Virus record (IMG/VR): IMGVR_UViG_2870282538_000006
Location: 1 to 64,000 of that record
Source: a virus
Lineage: Duplodnaviria; Caudoviricetes
DNA: 64,000 nucleotides
Direction: 5' to 3' (one strand)
Below are positions 57,509 to 64,000 of this stretch, one piece after another. The position numbers and the translations under genes are program-made. Within the stretch, counting starts at the first letter, position 1. Each line of letters starts with the position of its first letter. The notes beneath the pieces were generated by a model. The model worked only from the letters and a program-made list of their open reading frames with translations, did not search any database and was not told the DNA's origin.

Positions 57509-58021
57509 CTAAACTAATGCAACTTCATATAACTTCTTTTTGCCTTTTAATAAGTATTCAGCTGATGTGTGTACAGCCACTAAGCGATGCGGCTGATCTG
57601 AATTCAATTGATTTTGCAAATGGACTTTGTACCCTATTACTTGAGTTTTGTTAGTGAGTATTTCATAAATCTGTTTCCATAAATCTAAGTGTTTAGGTTG
57701 CTGATTCTTTTGTGTTAGCCAATCCCTATCCTTCCACTGATACATATTTCTATTGATTCCTGAGCTTATATTGGATACAGACGTATAGATATGAACAATT
57801 ACCGGCTTGTTTTTCTTTAGTGCTTGCAAACCATGCAAGATTGCTTGTAATGTCATTCGTGTTGGCGTCGTCTCCTTTCCAAATCCACCAAGTGTTTTAG
57901 TGTAATGTTTTCCTCCAATGCAGCAATGTAAATATGCACACCACCCCCCATCTCCTTCTTTATCTGTTGTGCCTGAAACCCATAAGTTAACTTTCAATTT
58001 ATCGAATTGTGCTTTTGACAT
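57509..58021 (-). CDS. RNase HI-fold protein lacking catalytic acidic residues
   Basis: GGW, TT..RM.L.A, W..RDW, HLDLWKQ present; WVSG/RMTL/YTSV in place of YTDG/RMEL/YTDS. Confidence 0.7.
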   Translation of the reverse strand: MSKAQFDKLKVNLWVSGTTDKEGDGGWCAYLHCCIGGKHYTKTLGGFGKETTPTRMTLQAILHGLQALKKNKPVIVHIYTSVSNISSGINRNMYQWKDRDWLTQKNQQPKHLDLWKQIYEILTNKTQVIGYKVHLQNQLNSDQPHRLVAVHTSAEYLLKGKKKLYEVALV

Positions 58022-58039
58022 AATAAAACCCTCCTAATA

Positions 58040-58053
58040 AGAATATTTGTTCG
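58040..58053. promoter_or_regulatory. candidate LexA (SOS) box
   Basis: CGAACAAATATTCT on the minus strand vs GAAC-N4-GTTC; heads the yneA-like operon. Confidence 0.55.
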
Positions 58054-58062
58054 ATTTATGTA

Positions 58063-58436
58063 GATCACTGATGATGTGTAGACCACATGTGATCGAGAAA
58101 ATGTGGAATAACGGTGATATGTGAATCACCTGTGAAAGACAAAGTGTTAATCACCAGTGATATATAGAGCACTAATGATGCACTGATAGTTAATCACTTA
58201 ATTATGATGAGGAACTTTAGTTAAGGAGATGTGAGCAACCAGTGACCTGTAGATCATTAATGAAACACCAGTGATTCACTATATATGTACAAGTGATGCA
58301 TCACCGGTGTGGCAATATAGAGATATATTGATACAAACTGATCTCTTTGTTCTTGAAATATAAAATTGTTGAAAGTATCATTGATTTATAGCAAATCACA
58401 AATGAGACACCGGTGATTCATCAACCACATGTGAAT
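58063..58436. repeat. array of about 15 degenerate palindromes (A)TCAC-NN-GTGA(T)
   Basis: e.g. ATCACCAGTGAT, ATCACCTGTGAA, ACACCAGTGAT, ACACCGGTGAT, CCACATGTGA twice. Confidence 0.75.
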
Positions 58437-58457
58437 GAGAAATGAGGTGATATAAAC

Positions 58458-59168
58458 ATGCCGGAAGAAAAATTTTGGAAGATAACAGATTTCGCCCAGA
58501 AAATATCTAAAGACATGCAGCTTAAGCTGAATGATTCCAAAGGAGTTCATTACAACACGGTTGATAAATGGTTTAAAAAACTCGAAAGTTCAGGAATTCA
58601 CTATGTGAATAGAGTTGCCGGAGAAAAAGTATATGATGAGCTAGACTTGAAAATAGGGCACATCATATTTGAAAGACGACGTGCTAATTGGAGTTTAGAT
58701 GCTATATTTGAAGCTCTTCCTCAAGTTGTTGAATTACGTCCAATGAATCACGAGGAGACAAGTGATTCATCACAAGTGATGGATGAGACACAAATGATGG
58801 AGAAATTCAGAAGAGAATTCGGAGCTGAATTTATTAAGCTGAGAGAAAACATTCTGGAAGAGGCGAGAACATTTATTGAAAATGAAACCCAAAAAATTAA
58901 AAATCAATTGCCACCTCCAGAAAACAAAGAAGAGAAGAAAAGGGCAAAGAGAGATGATTTTGTCACTAATATGAGGCTGAGTATGCAACTTGATAAAGAA
59001 GCTGCTGAGGCTTGGAGTAAGCAGCCAGAATCAGTCAGAATGAAAAAAGTAGGCTGGTTCAGAAAAGAAGAAGATTTAGTTGCCAGAGAACAGTTTATTC
59101 GTGACTACAAAATATCTAATATGTCTCGTATTGCAAAAGAGGCTTACGAAGACGACAACAACTCGTGA
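58458..59168 (+). CDS. MerR-like HTH plus coiled-coil protein (RacA/TubY-like architecture)
   Basis: N-terminal KITDFA...YNTVDKWFKKLE...KVYDELDL; C-terminal coil ending KVGWF. Confidence 0.7.
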   Translation: MPEEKFWKITDFAQKISKDMQLKLNDSKGVHYNTVDKWFKKLESSGIHYVNRVAGEKVYDELDLKIGHIIFERRRANWSLDAIFEALPQVVELRPMNHEETSDSSQVMDETQMMEKFRREFGAEFIKLRENILEEARTFIENETQKIKNQLPPPENKEEKKRAKRDDFVTNMRLSMQLDKEAAEAWSKQPESVRMKKVGWFRKEEDLVAREQFIRDYKISNMSRIAKEAYEDDNNS

Positions 59169-59182
59169 TTCGTACATAAGTC

Positions 59183-59212
59183 AAAAAAGCTCGCAGAAAT
59201 GTGGGCTTTTTT
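59183..59212. terminator. intrinsic terminator
   Basis: AAAAAAGCTCGCA-GAAA-TGTGGGCTTTTTT. Confidence 0.75.
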
Positions 59213-59237
59213 GATGCTTAAAAACAGGTCTATTTAA

Positions 59238-59255
59238 AACCCCCGGATGGGGGTT
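59238..59255. repeat. dispersed hairpin motif copy 6
   Basis: AACCCCC-GGAT-GGGGGTT (compensatory stem change). Confidence 0.8.
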
Positions 59256-59333
59256 CATTAACGAGCAATTTTGTGTTTCAAATTAATGCTTCGAAAATCA
59301 GCACATTTTGTGCGTCAAAATTGGCCATTTTTA

Positions 59334-59362
59334 TTGACCTAGGAGAGAAAGTTTTTTATGAT
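59334..59362 (+). promoter_or_regulatory. sigma-A promoter of TA pair
   Basis: TTGACC-17-TATGAT. Confidence 0.6.
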
Positions 59363-59442
59363 TGATCTAACAACATGTATACGGAACAGAGGAAATGCCA
59401 TATGCTATACCATCTAAGTGTTTTTAAGGTGGTGATAGCATC

Positions 59443-59619
59443 ATGTCTGAAAGGGAAAAGGGGAATGAGAACATGAATGCTCCAGTTCTTGAATCATCCA
59501 AAGAACGAATTCAACGTCTACTTGCCACAGGAGCTGTTCGGGGATTTAGAAGTGATGATGACGGCAAAATTTTAATTAATCCTAACGATCCAAAAGAAAA
59601 AGAATGGATGGAAGATTAA
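59443..59619 (+). CDS. putative antitoxin (58 aa, or 48 aa from 59473; not in track)
   Basis: RBS present; stop 1 nt before the toxin start; acidic C-terminus. Confidence 0.6.
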   Translation: MSEREKGNENMNAPVLESSKERIQRLLATGAVRGFRSDDDGKILINPNDPKEKEWMED

Positions 59620-59620
59620 T

Positions 59621-59965
59621 TTGCCGCCAAAACCAGGAGAAATCTACGAAGCGTTTTTTCAATATGATGACGGGACCGGTGGAAAATACCGGCCCGTTCT
59701 TGTTGTGGAAACAGATAGCGGACTTTTTGTTGCCGTCGCTATAAAAGTCACTACATCTGAACCAAAAAAAGGTTATACACATCACATACATACAAGCAGA
59801 ATTGAGATAAAAGATTGGAAAGCAGCAGGCTTAAGAGATCCATCTTGGGCTCAATGCAGTACATTCGAAGTATTCAAATTCGTGCAATTGAAAAAATACA
59901 TAGGCAGACTTACTTCTGATGATTTTCAAAACATATATGAAGAATATCTGAAGTATACTTCTTAA
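59621..59965 (+). CDS. PemK/MazF-family toxin
   Basis: GEIY, KYRPVLVV, VTT, GLRDPSW, IGRL. Confidence 0.82.
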   Translation: MPPKPGEIYEAFFQYDDGTGGKYRPVLVVETDSGLFVAVAIKVTTSEPKKGYTHHIHTSRIEIKDWKAAGLRDPSWAQCSTFEVFKFVQLKKYIGRLTSDDFQNIYEEYLKYTS

Positions 59966-60339
59966 AGAGTAGCCGAAGGCTGCTTTTAATTTTGCTTAGA
60001 CAATAACATAACAACAAGGTGAGTAATTGGTTTTCTGGCAATGTTCATAAGCTTCCAGTTTAGTATATTCATTATGATGTTAAAGAACTTATTTACTTGG
60101 ATATTCGTTGGACTGATTATTTGGAATAAGAAGATATTCATGGTATCTAGGATTAAAAGAGGCTACAAGCCTCTTTTTTTGCGAAAAAATGACATTTATG
60201 TTGAATGATGTATTTTTATGTGTTAATTTGAATAAGAAAGGAGGGTTGGAAGATAAATACTTTTGATTCTATCTAAAATTCGGATCATTTGCATCAAGAC
60301 AAGTCACCCAGTTTAAAACAAACTTGAAAGGGTGTAAAT

Positions 60340-61074
60340 ATGAAAAAAATAGTTTTGTCATTGATCGCATCTGGTTTTTTGGTGTCTGGAATTCTTCCTT
60401 CGAGCTTAGAGAGCGCTAGAGCGGAGTCAAAGATTGATCAGCAAAATGTCGACTCTGATATCAAAGACGTTGTCTTTATTGAACAAAGCGATGGAAAGCT
60501 TGAATACACATACACCAAAGGGAATGAGAAATTTAAGAATGTTGAATACTTCAACGAGGACCAGACTGGTTTGAGAAGTCACATCTATAAGTTAGATAAG
60601 AATACTGGCGAATATCAAAAAATTGATGAGCTGGTAAGTCAGTTGTCTTTTGATAAAAAAGAAGTCTCTATTGAGTCGCTAGTGACGAAGGAGAAAGATG
60701 TAATGGTAATACAATCAAACCAGAACACTGCGTCACTCGACGAGCTTGAGTTTTCAATTCAAGCAAAGGATAAATGGACATACCACGGAACTGTTTACGG
60801 AGACAATAAGCCTAAAAAGTGGACCATCGGCGTTATCGGAATTTCAGTTGCAGGGATTACAAAATTGCCCGCAGTAGCAAAGATTGTTATCAATATAGCA
60901 AACATGACTTATCAATTGGCAACCGACGTATTTTATTATAAACAGGTGTTGTATAAAAAAGGGCCAAAATTAAGACCTTCATTTAAATATGTGACGACAT
61001 TCTATTCTGATAAGGCAAGAAAGAAAGTCATCAAAAAGAACGTTGTCAGCTACGCCAACTCAGGCTATCGTTAA
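60340..61074 (+). CDS. secreted protein, possible bacteriocin/toxin precursor
   Basis: Sec signal peptide; acidic pro-region; cationic C-terminal domain with hydrophobic helix. Confidence 0.6.
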   Translation: MKKIVLSLIASGFLVSGILPSSLESARAESKIDQQNVDSDIKDVVFIEQSDGKLEYTYTKGNEKFKNVEYFNEDQTGLRSHIYKLDKNTGEYQKIDELVSQLSFDKKEVSIESLVTKEKDVMVIQSNQNTASLDELEFSIQAKDKWTYHGTVYGDNKPKKWTIGVIGISVAGITKLPAVAKIVINIANMTYQLATDVFYYKQVLYKKGPKLRPSFKYVTTFYSDKARKKVIKKNVVSYANSGYR

Positions 61075-61075
61075 G

Positions 61076-61107
61076 AAAAAAGGGAACAGTGAGAGCTGTT
61101 CCCTTTT
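61076..61107. terminator. bidirectional terminator
   Basis: AAAAGGGAACAG/CTGTTCCCTTTT. Confidence 0.75.
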
Positions 61108-61330
61108 AGTATTTCTGGACAAGAATGTACAGAGAGTATAGGACTGCAAGGAGAAGAATTATCCAAAGGTACATGATACGTGAATGTCTGTTTTTGAAAA
61201 TAAAATAGCATACGGTCAAAAACAAAAGGAGTATCCATGCGAGGTAAGGGAAAAATGTGCCCTGAAAGACGATAGCAATGACTCCAACAATTGACAGCAA
61301 AGCGAACAGGATATTCTCAAAAAGTTTCAA
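61106..61330 (-). CDS. small three-TM membrane protein
   Basis: GGAGG RBS; hydrophobic. Confidence 0.65.
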   Translation of the reverse strand: MKLFENILFALLSIVGVIAIVFQGTFFPYLAWILLLFLTVCYFIFKNRHSRIMYLWIILLLAVLYSLYILVQKY

Positions 61331-61580
61331 ACAGCACCCTCCAACTTTGTTAATGTTTATTCGTATACTATATCATGATTTTCTGCATTGATGAATAAGA
61401 TTAGGGTTTTCTTATTCATGTTTCGTATATCGCTCACTGTCCAATCTTATCAGCACCATTAGCTTCATCAGAGAAATAATGACCACTTGTGATGCATCAT
61501 AATTTTGTAACATGTGATCACACTATTGGCAAAGTAGATCGAGTCGCTTTTAACCCATATAAATGATCCTTTCAAAATGA

Positions 61581-61907
61581 TTAATCATGTGGGTCAAAAA
61601 AATATTGAACTTCCTTCATAACATCCTTGTAAAATTGCTCACGAGTTTTGTCAGCAACCTCAAGTGAATTGGTAATTAGTCTTTGAGCTCCAGATGGCAA
61701 GTAAGAAGTTTCAGGTCTTAGATCTTCAACAGTATCAACTAATGATGCGAAATATGAGATCAACAACCAATATGGCTCTCTAATTCCAAAGCATTCATGG
61801 CAGTAGGGGAGTGACACAGAAGTAATAGGAGAAATGAATATGCCTGCCATTACTTTTTTTCTGCATACACTACATAAAATGTCTACTTTCTCTATATGAG
61901 CTGTCAT
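61581..61907 (-). CDS. hypothetical Zn-binding protein
   Basis: CSVC...CHEC. Confidence 0.6.
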   Translation of the reverse strand: MTAHIEKVDILCSVCRKKVMAGIFISPITSVSLPYCHECFGIREPYWLLISYFASLVDTVEDLRPETSYLPSGAQRLITNSLEVADKTREQFYKDVMKEVQYFFDPHD

Positions 61908-62075
61908 ACATTACACATCCTTTTTTATGCTGAGTCTTAAAGTGAAAATATTCATCCAAATGTGATTGATCCTAGCAGTCATCAACAATGAGATAGATCC
62001 TCCTAATATTAAGAAATAAATAATGTAACGCCATTCATTACATATCCTATCGTCAATGGTTGATCTTTTTTTTAA

Positions 62076-62097
62076 TAAAAAAACCCCAGCTGGGGCT
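62076..62097 (-). terminator. terminator originally downstream of the GNAT gene
   Basis: GCCCCAGCTGGGGT plus U tract; now separated from its gene by the IS. Confidence 0.6.
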
Positions 62098-62135
62098 GTG
62101 AACTGACCCGTTAAAATGAGACTTAGAAAAAACAC

Positions 62136-62996
62136 CTATGCTGCCTGTCCCCTGTATTCCAGTGGGGACAGGTAGTTTAATTTTGCCTGAATTCGTACAT
62201 GATTATATCGATACATGTATTGATTTACAATTTGTACTACTTTAGAATTGGATATAGATGCTCTACTTTGAGCGTTAAATCCTTCCGACTTTAGCGAGGA
62301 GTGAAAGGATTCAATGACGGCATTATCATGGCAGTTTCCTTTTCGAGACATGCTTGTGGTAATGCCTTTTTCTTTGGCCAAATTCTGATATGCATGTGAA
62401 GTATAGACAGATCCCTGGTCGCTATGAAGAAGTAACCCTACTGGTTTACGTAATTCTACAGCTTCCCTCAATGTGTCTAATACTAGGTTAATATCTTGGC
62501 TCGTACCTATTTTGTAAGCCACTATTTCGTTGTTATATAAGTCCATAATCGTTGATAAATATAACATAGTCGAGCCATAAGGTAAGTAGGTAATGTCGGT
62601 TACCCATTTTTCATTTAATCGGCTTGCTTTAAAATTACGATTGAGAGTGTTCGGCACAATAATATTACTCTCACCACAAATGTACTTTTGTCGCTTCTTC
62701 TTAACTTGACACTGAATCTCAAACTTTTGCATAATTTTTTGTACAGTTTTGCGGTTTACATTTATCCCATACTTTCTGTTTAAGATGGATTTAATTTTAC
62801 GATGACCATAGTGATAGAAGTTTTTCTTACACAGCTTGATTACTAGCTCTTCTAATGAAGTTAGCTCAACTTTTTTATACTTCTTTTTCCAACGGTAATA
62901 TGTTGACTTAGGTATGCCTAATACTCCAAGAATATCAATTATTTTAAAAGTGGCTGAGAGTTCTTCTACAACTTGGACAATGACTCGTGGCTCCAA
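62136..62996 (-). CDS. IS3 transposase OrfB (DDE)
   Basis: WVTDITY, HSDQGS, DNAVIESF; fused to OrfA via A_AAA_AAG at 63017-63023. Confidence 0.92.
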   Translation of the reverse strand: MEPRVIVQVVEELSATFKIIDILGVLGIPKSTYYRWKKKYKKVELTSLEELVIKLCKKNFYHYGHRKIKSILNRKYGINVNRKTVQKIMQKFEIQCQVKKKRQKYICGESNIIVPNTLNRNFKASRLNEKWVTDITYLPYGSTMLYLSTIMDLYNNEIVAYKIGTSQDINLVLDTLREAVELRKPVGLLLHSDQGSVYTSHAYQNLAKEKGITTSMSRKGNCHDNAVIESFHSSLKSEGFNAQSRASISNSKVVQIVNQYMYRYNHVRIQAKLNYLSPLEYRGQAA

Positions 62997-63298
62997 CTCC
63001 TTTCGATCTCCTGGTACTTTTTTATAATTGCCAATTGAGCCTCTAGCTGTTTATTCTTTAGTTTTAATTCTTCTAGCTCACTCATTTCCTCCGATTCTTT
63101 ACCGTAGGAATATTGTTTTCCAACTTGTTGCGAAAATCGATAGGTTTGGCCTGTTTTGTACCATCGCATCCATGTTTTAATTTGAGTCTTATTTTTTATC
63201 CCCAGTTGTTCCATTATTTCTTTGTTTGTCATTCCAGCTTGTTTCATTTTAATTACTTCCCATTTTACTTCTTCTGCGTAATGTACTCTTGTGCCCAT
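62966..63298 (-). CDS. IS3 transposase OrfA (HTH)
   Basis: HTH plus leucine zipper. Confidence 0.88.
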   Translation of the reverse strand: MGTRVHYAEEVKWEVIKMKQAGMTNKEIMEQLGIKNKTQIKTWMRWYKTGQTYRFSQQVGKQYSYGKESEEMSELEELKLKNKQLEAQLAIIKKYQEIERSWSHESLSKL

Positions 63299-63387
63299 AG
63301 AAAAACACCCTCCTAAGAATCATATTGTATTAATACGATTCAGGGGGTGTTTTTTCCTTGTCTCATTTATTTGGGTCTCTCCAGCTG

Positions 63388-63798
63388 TTATTTCTGCGCT
63401 TTTAAGTTTGAGATAAGATCACCGAAATATTCAGGAAGGTTAATTCCATTGATAGCTGGATTAGGAACTTTCTCAAACCCATTCTTAATAGCAAAAGAAT
63501 AAGCTTCTTCAGTCTGAACGCTCTCAATCATAATGGCTTCATAGCCATTCTTTTCAGCATAATCCTTCAAGTAGGAGAGAAGCTTAGTACCGTAGCCTTT
63601 TCTTTTGTTTTTAAATTCAATCCTGGCAATCACTAATTTCTTCTCAAAAGTATTGAGTCTCAACATCAACTCATTGTGGGCTCCTTCAATAAAAAGCCTA
63701 TTCATACTTATGTATGATGAAACTTCTTCACCGGAATCCTCTTTAAATAGATCGATGATCTCTTTGAACTCCTCTATATCCACTTTTGTACTAGTCAT
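63388..63798 (-). CDS. GNAT N-acetyltransferase
   Basis: KRKGYGT, FAIKNGF; GGAGG RBS. Confidence 0.75.
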   Translation of the reverse strand: MTSTKVDIEEFKEIIDLFKEDSGEEVSSYISMNRLFIEGAHNELMLRLNTFEKKLVIARIEFKNKRKGYGTKLLSYLKDYAEKNGYEAIMIESVQTEEAYSFAIKNGFEKVPNPAINGINLPEYFGDLISNLKAQK

Positions 63799-63834
63799 GA
63801 TATGTCCTCCAATCATAAATTGACTCACGAAAAC

Positions 63835-63848
63835 GCCCCGGATGGGGC
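63835..63848. repeat. dispersed hairpin motif copy 7
   Basis: GCCCC-GGAT-GGGGC. Confidence 0.8.
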
Positions 63849-64000
63849 TACACTACTATGTAGTGTAATAATATCATATACAGTCAACATTGTTCTGGTC
63901 TGAATAAAATAAATACGAACAAAATATGTCTAATTTGTGACACTTTTGTCCGAAGGTAGAAATTCCCCAGGTTTTGGCGGTATATAAAGATAGTGAACTA

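Larger units (their letters stand above)
62099..63383 (-). mobile_element. IS3-family (IS150-like) insertion sequence
   Basis: 24-bp imperfect IRs TG...GACCC...AAATGAGAC; 4-bp target duplication GCTG; orfA/orfB. Confidence 0.92.

Noticed and set aside
58063-58436. CRISPR array
   Set aside because: Repeats are 10-12 bp, degenerate and irregularly spaced; no cas genes
62083-62096. Eighth copy of the dispersed hairpin motif
   Set aside because: Loop is AGCT and a U tract follows, so it is an ordinary terminator
61911-62135. 74-aa ORF from the track
   Set aside because: Starts inside the IS end and crosses a terminator; no RBS
63916-63930. Second LexA box
   Set aside because: Only the CGAAC half-site matches

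Overview
AT-rich Bacillus (subtilis/licheniformis-like) mobile DNA, most likely a large plasmid or phage-plasmid. No virion, conjugation-pore or housekeeping genes are visible. From ~58 kb down to base 1 almost all genes lie on the minus strand. They encode a DNA-metabolism kit (beta clamp, DnaG, PcrA, RecA, SSB, RecD/Dda-like and two SNF2-type helicases, ThyX, Gam-like protein), an E1/E2/Ubl (PRTRC-like) cassette, a Ycf46-AAA/DUF1257/DUF2997 cluster, an SPbeta-like block with sspC, and many small phage-type ORFs. The right end holds a YneA-like operon with a candidate LexA box, a palindrome array next to a MerR-HTH/coiled-coil gene, a PemK-type TA pair and a complete IS3-family element. The most unusual signals are non-coding: a ~330-nt structured ORF-less transcript with its own promoter and terminator (54.8-55.1 kb); a strand-polarised 12-14 bp hairpin motif in 7 intergenic copies; a 14-bp operator palindrome regulon; and a tRNA-like/anti-SD RNA cluster. 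Also notable are several apparently inactivated enzyme homologs and clamp-binding motifs on the Ubl and neighbouring proteins. All family assignments come from motif recognition by eye, not database searches.
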